Origin: Spirochaetales bacterium
GTDB taxonomy: Bacteria; Spirochaetota; Spirochaetia; SZUA-6; RPPD01
Assembly: GCA_016934415.1 (NCBI GenBank)
Contig: JAFGSW010000039.1
Span: forward strand, 4,224 to 68,223
Length of the DNA stretch: 64,000 nucleotides
Direction of reading: 5' to 3'
Below, in pieces: positions 21,824 through 31,124 of the stretch. The position numbers and the translations under genes are program-made. How positions within the stretch are numbered: the stretch's first letter is position 1; the number at the start of each line of letters is the position of its first letter. Below the pieces are notes generated by a model, which was not told where the DNA came from, did not search any database, and saw only the letters and a list, made by a program, of their open reading frames with translations.

Positions 21824-22699
21824 GTGATGGAAAACCGTATCAATGAAGCGACGTCGATGACCGCGGCCATGACCTGCTCGATCAGGGCGGCGTCTTTTTA
21901 TGAAAAAGATTCGTGTCTGAAATCCGATGATTTCGTCGCGCCGCTTCTTCTCCCCCGGATCATGCAGCCGATGGTAAGGTCGGGCCTCATCCGCCGGACG
22001 TTCATGCGGTTTCTGGCGCCGAAAGGAATCTATGAATACGTAATAGCCCGGACGAAATACATCGACGGAGCGCTTCAGGCCTCCTTGAACGACGGGGTCC
22101 GTCAGGTTGTCTTCTTCGGCGCCGGTTACGACACCAGGGCGATTCGGTTCCACGAATCCGGGCGTGGAACGATCTTCTATGAACTGGACTCGCCGCTTAC
22201 CCAGGAGGCTAAAATCGGGCAATTCCGGAAACGAGGGATCGTCGCGCCGCCCACGTGCCGCTTCATTCCGATCGACTTCAACCGTGAATCTCCCCAAGAA
22301 AAATTACGGGCGGCCGGATTCCATCCGGAGGAAAAATCGCTTTTCATCCTGGAGGGGGTGCTCATGTACCTGGGCGTCGAAGCCGTCGAGGAAACGCTGC
22401 GCATAATGCGGGAGCTTATGAGCCCCGGAAGCCGCGCCGTATGCGATTTCATTTATCGGTCCGTATTGCGCCGGGAAAATTTGTACTACGGCGAGGAGGG
22501 CATTTACAAGCGAGTTAATAAATACGGTGAGGCCTGGAAATTCGGGATCGAAAAATGCGATATGACTTCTTTTTTCCCCGCAAGGGGATTCCGCGTCGTC
22601 GAGATCGCCGATGCCGCTTTGCTGGAAGACAGGTTCCTGAAAGGCGAAAAACGGCATAGAATGAACGGTACCCATTGCATAGCGATGCTGGAAGGATAA
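21824..22699 (+). CDS. SAM-dependent methyltransferase (LCM family)
   Basis: ARTKYID, QVVFFGAGYDTR, ELD, LEGVLMYL. Confidence 0.88.
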   Translation: MMENRINEATSMTAAMTCSIRAASFYEKDSCLKSDDFVAPLLLPRIMQPMVRSGLIRRTFMRFLAPKGIYEYVIARTKYIDGALQASLNDGVRQVVFFGAGYDTRAIRFHESGRGTIFYELDSPLTQEAKIGQFRKRGIVAPPTCRFIPIDFNRESPQEKLRAAGFHPEEKSLFILEGVLMYLGVEAVEETLRIMRELMSPGSRAVCDFIYRSVLRRENLYYGEEGIYKRVNKYGEAWKFGIEKCDMTSFFPARGFRVVEIADAALLEDRFLKGEKRHRMNGTHCIAMLEG

Positions 22700-22701
22700 C
22701 C

Positions 22702-23388
22702 ATGAAAAAAACAACCGGTGGTATAGTCAAGGCGATTCGCATTGTCTTTTCCATCGCCGTCGCCGTGGCGGTGATCTTCATCCCTGCCGGCACCCTGGCC
22801 TGGCCTGAAGCCTGGATTTTGCTCGGCGCTTATTTCGTATTCGTGCTCGCCCTCGTCCTAAGAATTAAAAAACGCGATCCGGAATTGTATCAAGAACGGA
22901 CCGCCAGGCAGAAGGAAGGAAAACGCTGGGATAAAATCCTCCTCTCCGTGTATACCGTTTTTCTGCTTCTGATGCTCGTCGCCTCGGGCTTGGACGCCGT
23001 ACGCTTCAGGTTGAGCCATATACCCTTGGAAGTCAAAATCGGGGCGTTTCTTTCCTTTCTTCCCGTCGGTCTTCTCTTTTTTCTCGTGTACCGTGAAAAC
23101 ACCTTCGCCTCCAAGGTGGTGCGCGTTCAAAAGGACAGGGGACAGCGGGTGATCGATTCGGGACCGTACAAAGTCGTGCGCCATCCTATGTATGCGGCCA
23201 TCATCCTCATGATTCCGGCCGTGCCTTTGGCTTTGGGCTCGTGGTGGGCGTTGATCTTCGCGGGGCTGGTCGACATCCTTTTCGTCGTTCGCACCGCGCT
23301 TGAAGACAAAACGCTGAAAGATGAGTTGCCGGGATACATCGACTATGCGAAAAAGACAAGGTTCCGGCTTATTCCGGGCATCTGGTGA
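22702..23388 (+). CDS. Isoprenylcysteine carboxyl methyltransferase-family membrane protein
   Basis: ENTFAS, VIDSGPYKVVRHPMY, EDKTL..ELPGY..Y...RLIPGIW. Confidence 0.88.
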   Translation: MKKTTGGIVKAIRIVFSIAVAVAVIFIPAGTLAWPEAWILLGAYFVFVLALVLRIKKRDPELYQERTARQKEGKRWDKILLSVYTVFLLLMLVASGLDAVRFRLSHIPLEVKIGAFLSFLPVGLLFFLVYRENTFASKVVRVQKDRGQRVIDSGPYKVVRHPMYAAIILMIPAVPLALGSWWALIFAGLVDILFVVRTALEDKTLKDELPGYIDYAKKTRFRLIPGIW

Positions 23389-23537
23389 CGGGTGAGTCTC
23401 AGGTATTCCCGACCCGGAAGACCGTTCCCCTACGCGCGTCTCAGCGTAAGGTGGACCGCGTATTGCAGTCGCAACCGATCCGAAAGGGCGCTGCCGAATT
23501 TTACGACTGATCCTCCGTTTCTACCGCCGGAACAGCT

Positions 23538-24068
23538 TCAGAGTCCCGCGGCTTGGGCTTTGGAAAAAAGCCGGCGCAGGTTCGGCAGCCATTTCCCCGT
23601 CGCGCGTTTGTAATCGAGGTAGCGCCGTCCGAAGGCTTTTTCGAGCAGCTTTTCTTCCGCGCCCGCGACGTAATTCAGGAAAACGCAGATTACGGTGATA
23701 ATCGCCAGCGCGAGCAGGGAACAGGTCAAGAAAAACAGCCCCAGATAGAGCAGGATCTCCGAAAGGTAGAGCGGATGGCGGATGTATTTGAAAAACGACT
23801 TGGTGATGACGACGGGCGGGTCGCGTCGTTCGACGAAAATGATGCGGTGGCTGATCCATGCCATGACGCCGGCCGCCACGATGAGGGCGGCGGCGATCGG
23901 AATGCGAACGGCGGCCGGAATGACGCTCGAGAGAAAAACCGAGTACTTTAAAAAAAACGAATCGATGATCCAGACGGCCAGGAATACGACGATCCCGATG
24001 AGCTGTCCGATATCGGTGAGGGCGTGCTCGCCCGCCAGATCTTTTCTGTGTTCATGCTTCTTTGCCAT
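23538..24068 (-). CDS. Isoprenylcysteine carboxyl methyltransferase-family membrane protein
   Basis: FKYIRHPLY, EEKLL..FG..Y..Y. Confidence 0.82.
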   Translation of the reverse strand: MAKKHEHRKDLAGEHALTDIGQLIGIVVFLAVWIIDSFFLKYSVFLSSVIPAAVRIPIAAALIVAAGVMAWISHRIIFVERRDPPVVITKSFFKYIRHPLYLSEILLYLGLFFLTCSLLALAIITVICVFLNYVAGAEEKLLEKAFGRRYLDYKRATGKWLPNLRRLFSKAQAAGL

Positions 24069-24100
24069 TGCGCGCTCCTTCTGTTACAATAATATAAATA

Positions 24101-24122
24101 TAGCGAAAATGGTTGTCATTAA
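24101..24122. promoter_or_regulatory. Fur-like operator between divergent genes
   Basis: GAAAATGGTTGTCATT. Confidence 0.55.
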
Positions 24123-24195
24123 CTTTATAGACGTTCGAAGGGGAATAAACGTCTTTTTTTTTTCTGCGGTGAGTATTTGCTGAGGCGGGACATAA

Positions 24196-25167
24196 ATGGA
24201 AAACATTGTCGAAGTGAAGAACCTCGTAAAAAGTTACGGCGATATCCGGGCGCTTGAGGGCATCGATTTTTATGTTCGCCGGGGCGAAATTTTCGGTCTG
24301 CTCGGCCCCAACGGAGCCGGCAAAACCACCACCATCAGCATTCTCACCGGGCTGTCCCGGCCGGGAGGGGGCAGCGTCACGTGCTGCGGGATGGATGCGG
24401 CGGGGCGCATGAAAAAAATCCAGGCGCGGGTCGGTATTGTTCCCGACGAGAGCAATCTGTACGACGAGCTCACCGGGTTCGAAAACCTCTGCTTCTGCGG
24501 CGCCTTGTACGGAGTAAGAAAAAAGGCGCGTGAACGGAAGGCCCGCGAGCTCATAGAGTATCTCGGGATGGGAGAATTCGCCCGCCGCCGTTATAAGTCG
24601 TATTCCAAGGGCATAAAACGCAAGCTTACCGTTGCCGCGGCGCTCGTGCACGAGCCGGAGCTCCTTTTCCTGGACGAGCCCACCACCGGTATCGACGTGG
24701 CAAGCGCGCGCACGATCAGGGAGATGATCAAGGAGTTGAACGCGCGGGGGACGACTGTGTTCCTCACGACGCACTACATCGAGGAGGCGGAACGGCTGTG
24801 CGGGCGGATCGCGTTCATCACGCGGGGCCGCATCGTCCGCGCCGCGACGATCGGCGAATTGCTCGCGGGAGCGGGAAACGAGAGCATCATCGAAATCGCC
24901 CTTGGCGCGCCGCCGGCCGACAGGGAGGCGCTGGCGGATGATATAAAAAAAATCCTGCCCGAAGCCGTCGTTTCCTTTCCCGAAAAGCTTACGGTCCGAC
25001 TCCAGGCGGGAAGAGACGTCGACCTGGGCCGACCCATCGCCTTGTTCGCCGCCCGGGGAGTGCGGGTGCGGGAGGCGAGACTCGTAAAAAAAAGCCTGGA
25101 GGACGTTTTCGTGAAAGTCACCGGCGTCGAGGCGGACGCCATGAAGGGGGAGAAGGAAAAAAAGTGA
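24196..25167 (+). CDS. ABC exporter ATP-binding subunit
   Basis: GPNGAGKTT, YSKG, LFLDEPT, TTHY. Confidence 0.92.
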   Translation: MENIVEVKNLVKSYGDIRALEGIDFYVRRGEIFGLLGPNGAGKTTTISILTGLSRPGGGSVTCCGMDAAGRMKKIQARVGIVPDESNLYDELTGFENLCFCGALYGVRKKARERKARELIEYLGMGEFARRRYKSYSKGIKRKLTVAAALVHEPELLFLDEPTTGIDVASARTIREMIKELNARGTTVFLTTHYIEEAERLCGRIAFITRGRIVRAATIGELLAGAGNESIIEIALGAPPADREALADDIKKILPEAVVSFPEKLTVRLQAGRDVDLGRPIALFAARGVRVREARLVKKSLEDVFVKVTGVEADAMKGEKEKK

Positions 25168-25898
25168 AAACGGCGATCGCATTTCTGGCCATTCTGAAAA
25201 AAGACATGCGCAACTATTACCTGAAGCCGCCCAATATCAGCTGGGGAATCATTTTCCCGTTCGCCTGGATGCTCATGCTCCTTATCCGGAGCAGAGGCGG
25301 CATGGACGCGGCCGGCGTGTTTCCGGGGATCGTCGCCCTGGCCGTGATCTTCGGCACCACGTCCATGCTCTCCGTCACCATCACCTTCGAGCGGAAGGCC
25401 CGTTCCTTTGACCGCTTGCTCGCCGCGCCATTGAGCATGACCGCGCTCGTGCTGGGGAAAATCTCCGGGGCGGCGCTGTTCGGCGTCTTCAACAGCCTCG
25501 TTCCCGTCCTGGTCTGTACGCTCCTGTTCGGCTCGCCGGTGATCTCTCCCGCAGCCCTCGCCGGGGGCGTGCTCTTGCTGTCCGCGATCTCCACCCTTAT
25601 CGGTCTCTTCGTCGCCGTGTCCGTGAGCGAGGTGTTCGAGGCCCAGACGTTTTCCAATTTCTTCAGGTTCCCCATGATTTTCCTGTGCGGGCTTTTCATC
25701 CCGCTTACCGATCTGCCGATCTGGCTTCGACCGCTTTCCTACGCCCTCCCCGTCACCTACGGCGTGGATTTGCTCAGGCACGGCACCGCCGGCGCGGGGG
25801 AGTTGCCCGTCCTCCTCGACGTCTCCGTGTCGTGCGCTGCGACGGCGCTGCTCTTCGCCGGCAGCGTGCTTATGATCAGGAAGAAGTGGTTTCCGTGA
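25164..25898 (+). CDS. ABC-2 type permease
   Basis: Six TM segments, ER...FDRLL.AP, LPVTYGVD; overlaps the ATPase stop. Confidence 0.88.
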   Translation: MKTAIAFLAILKKDMRNYYLKPPNISWGIIFPFAWMLMLLIRSRGGMDAAGVFPGIVALAVIFGTTSMLSVTITFERKARSFDRLLAAPLSMTALVLGKISGAALFGVFNSLVPVLVCTLLFGSPVISPAALAGGVLLLSAISTLIGLFVAVSVSEVFEAQTFSNFFRFPMIFLCGLFIPLTDLPIWLRPLSYALPVTYGVDLLRHGTAGAGELPVLLDVSVSCAATALLFAGSVLMIRKKWFP

Positions 25899-25974
25899 CG
25901 GTCCCGGACCAGGGAAATACCGATTTCCTCAATCGGTGTGACAAGCCACGTCGCACCATGATCCCGCCGGTCAA

Positions 25975-26298
25975 TCAGCGTGCGGTCGACTTTCCGGCTA
26001 ATTTTTCTTCCACCGATTGCATCTTTCCCCGCATCGACAACTTTTTATCCCGGCGTTCGTCTATCTTTATCGAAGTCACGACCCTTTTTATTTTTCCGCT
26101 CAATACCGTCTTGTGCATTTTCTCGGCCACCGCCAGCAGCTTTTTCACCGATGGGGCCTCTATCACCGTTCCCATGGGACATACCTCATAGGTGAGACCC
26201 TTTTCCCGCTGCAGCACGCGCACGGCGGCCGCCACATAACTGCTCACGGAAGCGCTTTTTGTCCCGAGGGGGACGACGCTGATTTCCATCACCGGCAT
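25975..26298 (-). CDS. MTH1187/YkoF-like thiamine-binding family protein
   Basis: EISVVPLGT..SVSSYVA, PMGTVIE, RVVTSIKIDER.DK. Confidence 0.85.
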   Translation of the reverse strand: MPVMEISVVPLGTKSASVSSYVAAAVRVLQREKGLTYEVCPMGTVIEAPSVKKLLAVAEKMHKTVLSGKIKRVVTSIKIDERRDKKLSMRGKMQSVEEKLAGKSTAR

Positions 26299-26329
26299 AC
26301 CGCTCTCTCCTTTTTTGTTCGCTTGCTTA

Positions 26330-26548
26330 TTATGACAAATGTCTGTCTATTGTCCCGTCCGGCAACATCTCGTCCGGATGATACTCTCCCCGTTCCTCCT
26401 TTTGATAACGGACGCAACGCCGCCAGTTGCCATGGCAGTAGGCGTCGATCCATTTTCGGTTCAATTTCCCCGCGTCATAGAAATGTTTCATGGGGCAGAC
26501 TGCATACCATTTGCATTCGGGGCCCATGACGATGTGATTCATATACAT
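26330..26548 (-). CDS. Small Cys-rich conserved hypothetical protein
   Basis: CKWYAVCPMK...YC.G.W..CVRY...MLPDG; co-oriented with the MTH1187 gene; start uncertain. Confidence 0.65.
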   Translation of the reverse strand: MYMNHIVMGPECKWYAVCPMKHFYDAGKLNRKWIDAYCHGNWRRCVRYQKEERGEYHPDEMLPDGTIDRHLS

Positions 26549-26805
26549 CTATCGTATTTGAAAATGTTATTGGAGACAAGGTTGGGACTGATTTTTACAG
26601 AGTTATGCAACGGTAAATTTGACAGCCTACGGCGAGCCCAAACGACAAAAATAGAGTCGTCCTCCGTTGTATAGCCCGCCGTGGTTTTTGCGGTTTCGCC
26701 TCTGGAACATCAGAAAAGAGAAAGAATGGGGAGGGAGGCAACGGCCTTGTCAGGGGATGGAATCCGGCATACAATAAATGAATCAATACAGAAAGGGAAA
26801 ACATC

Positions 26806-27114
26806 ATGCCTGAATTTAGTTACCCCTTTGCCGGAATGAGGAAAGACCGGAAGCTCACCGACTCGGAATTGATCCGCGCCGTCCGCTTCATGATTGCGGC
26901 GGAATATGAAGCCGTCCAGCTGTACATGCAGCTTGCCGAATCCACGGACAACAAACTCGCCGCCGAAGTGCTCAAGGACATCGCCGACGAGGAGCGGGTC
27001 CATGCGGGGGAATTCCTGCGCCTTCTGAAGGAGCTCGCCCCGGATGAGGAGAAATTCTACGCCGAGGGGGCGAAAGAGGTGGAAGAAGAGATTATGAAGA
27101 TGAAAAAAGGTTGA
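26806..27114 (+). CDS. Short ferritin-like/rubrerythrin-family protein (encapsulated-ferritin-like fold)
   Basis: AEYEAVQLY...DIADEERVHAGE di-iron ligands. Confidence 0.82.
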   Translation: MPEFSYPFAGMRKDRKLTDSELIRAVRFMIAAEYEAVQLYMQLAESTDNKLAAEVLKDIADEERVHAGEFLRLLKELAPDEEKFYAEGAKEVEEEIMKMKKG

Positions 27115-27326
27115 AGCGGCGCCCGTGCAGATCCGGCGGAAAACGCCGCTGTCTTTCAAAAACGATTTCGTTTCCATGACCTGCTCCCCGCATCCGGCAC
27201 ACTGGCGGTCGGGACCGTGGGAGCGCGGGGAGGCGGCGACGCGCCCATGACCGTGCGGGGAAAGCAGAAGCCTGTAAAACCGTCGTTAGCCTTCGAGTAG
27301 TTTTATCCTTGCATCTGAATACATTG

Positions 27327-27941
27327 TTACGGTTTTTTTGCGTTTTTTTCTTCATTTCCCCCCGTACCGCGCCCTGCATGCGGATGGATTTCCTTCATCC
27401 CGGACTTTTTCAGAATGATATTGGCGATAGGGAGGGAGAATGCGTAGGCGAGTCTCCGGCCTTTTTTTTCTTCCGGCGTCAACAGCCCTTCCTGAAAGGA
27501 AACGACGGTATTGCAGCAGAGATTCCCGAACAGAACCGACTGGGTAAACGCCCTGATTTGCAGCGCCTTAAATGCACCATAACATCTTTCAAGTGTTTTG
27601 CAAGAAACCGCAGACGGGTTGCCTCTCGTTTCGGCCATATGCTGGGCGAATAAAACGCCTGCCGATTCGGACCGGTCGACGCGCCGTCCGACGTTTTCCA
27701 CAATGGCGGCAATCTCCTCTTGCGCTATCCCCTCCTCCAGGCCGCGGCGGGCGTGAAGATAGGAACAATAGGCGCATTGGTTCACCTGGGAAACGGCCAG
27801 CATGAGCATTGTCCTGAAGCGGGGGGAAATTGTCTCCCCCCGGGGGATTTTTCTCAACGTCGTCATTCGGCCGAAGGTTGTGAAAAAGAGAAAGAGGAAT
27901 TCCCCAAACGAAGCGAAGATGCGCAGCCGGCCCTGCTTCAT
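27327..27941 (-). CDS. Carboxymuconolactone decarboxylase/AhpD family protein
   Basis: LAVSQVNQCAYCSYLH (CxxC..H). Confidence 0.8.
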   Translation of the reverse strand: MKQGRLRIFASFGEFLFLFFTTFGRMTTLRKIPRGETISPRFRTMLMLAVSQVNQCAYCSYLHARRGLEEGIAQEEIAAIVENVGRRVDRSESAGVLFAQHMAETRGNPSAVSCKTLERCYGAFKALQIRAFTQSVLFGNLCCNTVVSFQEGLLTPEEKKGRRLAYAFSLPIANIILKKSGMKEIHPHAGRGTGGNEEKNAKKP

Positions 27942-28088
27942 GACCGCAGTGTACCACACATTTTCCGGACGGTACATCGGACGGCGCGCCGCGCCGGGCG
28001 CCAAAGTCTGGGCCGGAAACGGCAATAATTCCTCGTTTCAATTCAAACGACGGCGCGATCGGATCCGATCGAAACCGGCTTTTTTCTA

Positions 28089-28140
28089 TTGACAGAGTGT
28101 GTAAAGTGAGGTATATTGAAAATGGTTATCATTTTCAATA
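28089..28140 (+). promoter_or_regulatory. fur promoter with palindromic Fur-like operator
   Basis: TTGACA(28089)-17 bp-TATATT; palindrome TATTGAAAATG-GTTAT-CATTTTCAATA (28114-28140). Confidence 0.78.
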
Positions 28141-28150
28141 AGGAGTTCGT

Positions 28151-28612
28151 ATGCCGCATGGGCACGGACACAGGTGGGGACAGAAATTATCGGGCTGCGG
28201 GTTCAGGTTGACCGTCGGCCGCGAGGCCATTATAGACGTCCTTTCGCGCTCGGACAAGCACCTGAGCGCCGAGGATATCTTCCTTGAGCTGCACGCCGAC
28301 CACCCGGGCATTGGTTTGACGACCATCTACCGGACCCTCGAGCTCCTGGTGCAGACGGGAATCGTGGCCAAGTTCGAATTCGGCCACGGCCGGGCCAAAT
28401 ACGAGCTCACCGAGGAATACGGCAAGAAAAAGCACCACCATCACTTGTTTTGCAAAAGCTGCCAGACGATCATCGATTATTCGGATTTCATGGAAGATGA
28501 AATCACCTATATAAAGAAAACGGAAAAAGGGCTGGCGAAAAAATACGATTTTCAGATTGACGGTCACATCATAAATTTTTACGGGCTGTGCCGCGCCTGT
28601 CGGGCGAAATGA
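28151..28612 (+). CDS. fur: Fur-family transcriptional regulator
   Basis: HLSAEDI, IGLTTIYRTL, HHHHLFCKSC, GLCRAC. Confidence 0.9.
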   Translation: MPHGHGHRWGQKLSGCGFRLTVGREAIIDVLSRSDKHLSAEDIFLELHADHPGIGLTTIYRTLELLVQTGIVAKFEFGHGRAKYELTEEYGKKKHHHHLFCKSCQTIIDYSDFMEDEITYIKKTEKGLAKKYDFQIDGHIINFYGLCRACRAK

Positions 28613-28635
28613 AAGGGGATTTTTTTTAAGCAGAA

Positions 28636-28655
28636 AATGAAAATGGTTATCAATA
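28636..28655 (+). promoter_or_regulatory. Fur-like operator upstream of the DUF5320 operon
   Basis: AATGAAAATGGTTATCAATA. Confidence 0.65.
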
Positions 28656-28708
28656 GCAAAAAAAGAGCGCCCGTGAGCGGGTGAAGTTTTTTATAGAGGA
28701 GGCATGAT

Positions 28709-29110
28709 ATGCCGAGAGGAGACAGAACAGGTCCCGCCGGTTTGGGCCCGATGACGGGAAGAGCGGCGGGTTATTGCGCCGGTTATTCGGTACCGGGTTA
28801 TATGAATCCGGTACGGGGAAGAGGTTTCTTCGGAAGAGGAAGAGGCGTCGGCTTCGGCCAAGGCGGTGGTTTCGGCCGTGGCCGCGGATACAGGAACATG
28901 TACTGGGCCACCGGTTTACCGGGTTGGTCGCGTTTCGGCGGTTTTTGGCCGGCGGACGCGTGCGTGTATCCGTATGGGGCCGCGGAGCCTTCGCCCAAGC
29001 AGGAAGCCGAGGCCTTGAAAAATCAGGTCAAATACATGCAGGATTCAATGGACGCCCTGAACGAACGCATCAGGGAGCTTGAGAATTCCCAAGCGGAAAC
29101 CGAAGAATAA
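28709..29110 (+). CDS. DUF5320 family protein
   Basis: MPRGDRTGP.G.GPMTGR.AGYC, GR-rich tract, C-terminal coiled coil. Confidence 0.82.
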   Translation: MPRGDRTGPAGLGPMTGRAAGYCAGYSVPGYMNPVRGRGFFGRGRGVGFGQGGGFGRGRGYRNMYWATGLPGWSRFGGFWPADACVYPYGAAEPSPKQEAEALKNQVKYMQDSMDALNERIRELENSQAETEE

Positions 29111-29189
29111 CGCCTCTCATGAATCGGGTCTGAGCGCCGGGATGGGAAGCCGTCCGACGTTCTGGCGGGGGGGTAAAAAGGAGGAACCA

Positions 29190-29591
29190 TTGAGAGCGGC
29201 CATTTCAACCGACGGAGCGTACGTATCCGCGCATTTCGGGCGGTGCCCGAGTTTCACCCTGGTGGAAATCGAAGGCGGGCGGACGGTAAAGAAGGAAGTT
29301 ATTGCCAATCCCGGACACCATCCCGGCTACCTGCCGCAATTTTTGAGCGAGCGGGGTGTAACCTGCATTGTCGCGGGCGGCATGGGCGGCCGGGCGCAGA
29401 TGCTCTTCGACGAGCAGGGGATACGCACCGTGATGGGGGTTTCGGGCACAGTGGATGAGGCGATTACCGGGCTCTGCGCCGGAACGCTCGCCGGCGGCGA
29501 ATCCCTCTGTCGGCCGGGTGCGGGCAAGGGGTACGGGGTGGAGAAGACGGATTGCGACCACGCCGGAGACGACAGCCATCAGCATGAGTGA
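29190..29591 (+). CDS. NifB/NifX family protein 2
   Basis: TTG start after AAGGAGG; VSAHFGRCPSF, NPGHHPG, GGMG; His-rich tail. Confidence 0.85.
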   Translation: MRAAISTDGAYVSAHFGRCPSFTLVEIEGGRTVKKEVIANPGHHPGYLPQFLSERGVTCIVAGGMGGRAQMLFDEQGIRTVMGVSGTVDEAITGLCAGTLAGGESLCRPGAGKGYGVEKTDCDHAGDDSHQHE

Positions 29592-29661
29592 CATCGAAAG
29601 GAAAACGGCGGGGGAGCCTGCGGGATTCGCCGGGAACGGCGCTTTCGGGAGGGGAGTCGCG

Positions 29662-30501
29662 ATGAAAAGGCGCGCGGTGGCGCTCATCGCGGGATACTGT
29701 TTTCTCCACTGTCCGCCTGCCGCGTTCGCTCAGCCGCGCGTCGCGGCGCAGCTGATGGACGACCTGACGGTCTATGAGCTGCAGAAAGACGTCCTCCTGG
29801 TAACGCACAGCTATCCCTGGCCCGGGAACTCCCTGCTGGTTCGGCTGAACAGGACGAATTGGGTATGGGCCGATACGCCCTGCACGCCCGAAGCGACCAG
29901 GCTGGTGGTCAAGTGGCTGTATATGAAATACGGCGAACGCATCAGGATCACTGAAATCAACACCGGCTTTCACATCGACAATCTGGGCGGCAATCGGGAA
30001 TTGCTGAAATGGAAGATACCGACCTACGGGTCGAGTCTGACCTGCGAGCTTTTGCGAACGAAAAGTAAAAAGACGATGGCGAAAATGATCGACCTGCTGC
30101 GCGGCCCTGAAAATGAAAAATATCGCGACGCGTATCGGTCATTCGTCTTTTCACCGCCGACGAACCGTTTCGACATTACAAAGATCCAAACTCTGCGCCT
30201 CGGTGGGAACACCGTTGAAATCTATTTTCCCGGCCCGACGCACACCTTTGACAATGTGGTCGTCTATTTCCCGGACAAGCGGGTGCTGTTCGGCACCTGC
30301 ATGGTGCTGGCGGCGGACGCGAAAAGCGCCGGCTATACGGGCGACGCCGACCTCGCGCGCTGGCCCGAGTCCCTGCGGAAGGTGGCGAAACGCTTTCCCC
30401 GCGCGGCGCTCGTCGTGCCCGGCCACGGGGAGCCCGGCGGGCCTGAATTGATCGAGCATTCGATCCGCGTCGTGGAACGGAGCCGGGAGTGTCAAGAATA
30501 A
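29662..30501 (+). CDS. Secreted metallo-beta-lactamase-like protein (class B1/B2-like)
   Basis: Signal peptide; N.L, DTP, TGFHIDNLGG, GPTHTFDN, LFGTC, VPGHG. Confidence 0.78.
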   Translation: MKRRAVALIAGYCFLHCPPAAFAQPRVAAQLMDDLTVYELQKDVLLVTHSYPWPGNSLLVRLNRTNWVWADTPCTPEATRLVVKWLYMKYGERIRITEINTGFHIDNLGGNRELLKWKIPTYGSSLTCELLRTKSKKTMAKMIDLLRGPENEKYRDAYRSFVFSPPTNRFDITKIQTLRLGGNTVEIYFPGPTHTFDNVVVYFPDKRVLFGTCMVLAADAKSAGYTGDADLARWPESLRKVAKRFPRAALVVPGHGEPGGPELIEHSIRVVERSRECQE

Positions 30502-30562
30502 ACGCCGATCGGCGGAACGACGGGGGCGGGCCCCCGTTCAATTTATCGACAAGGAGCTCAGC

Positions 30563-30937
30563 ATGAAAATTTGCGTCACGTCCCAAGGCGATTCGATCGA
30601 CTCGCCGGTCGATCCACGGTTCGGCCGGTGCGCGTTCTTCGTGATCGTGGACACCGACACGATGAAAGAAGAGGCGTTTCGAAACGACGCGGCCGCCGAA
30701 GGCGGGGGCGCCGGGATTCAGGCCGGCCAGTTCGTCGCTGAAAAAGGCGCGCGCGTCGTGCTCACGGGCAACGTGGGGCCGAACGCCTTCAGAACGCTTT
30801 CGGCGGCCGGCATCGAAATTTGCCCGGCGGCGACCGGCACCGTCAAGCAGGCCGTGCTGAAATACAAGTTCGGCGAGCTCAAGCCGGCGACCGGCCCCAG
30901 CGTGGATTCGCACGCCGGGATGGGCGGAGGTGCGTGA
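30563..30937 (+). CDS. NifB/NifX family protein 3
   Basis: VDPRFGRCAFF, GGAGIQA, TGNVGPNA. Confidence 0.88.
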   Translation: MKICVTSQGDSIDSPVDPRFGRCAFFVIVDTDTMKEEAFRNDAAAEGGGAGIQAGQFVAEKGARVVLTGNVGPNAFRTLSAAGIEICPAATGTVKQAVLKYKFGELKPATGPSVDSHAGMGGGA

Positions 30938-30938
30938 A

Positions 30939-31121
30939 ATGCCGGGAAGAAACGGAACGGGACCGGCCGGGACGGGACGGGGAGGCTCCGGAGGCGGTGC
31001 GGGCGCCGGCGGCTATTGCCTCTGTCCGAAATGCGGGGCGAAAACGCCGCATGGCCGCGGAACGCCGTGCTCGGGCATGACGTGTCCCGCCTGCGGGGCG
31101 CGCATGACGAGGGGCGGCTGA
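30939..31121 (+). CDS. Small Gly-rich protein with CxCxxC...C...CxxC metal-binding motif
   Basis: MPGRNGTGPAG...YCLCPKCG...GTPC...CPACGARM. Confidence 0.75.
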   Translation: MPGRNGTGPAGTGRGGSGGGAGAGGYCLCPKCGAKTPHGRGTPCSGMTCPACGARMTRGG

Positions 31122-31124
31122 GCG

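Noticed and set aside
26550..26800. TPP or c-di-GMP riboswitch upstream of the thiamine-binding-family gene
   Set aside because: No CTGAGA/ACCTG TPP core and no convincing GEMM motif on either strand.
15367..30937. Nitrogen fixation cluster
   Set aside because: Only stand-alone NifB/NifX domains; no nifH/D/K/E/N, and the radical SAM protein is not NifB-like.
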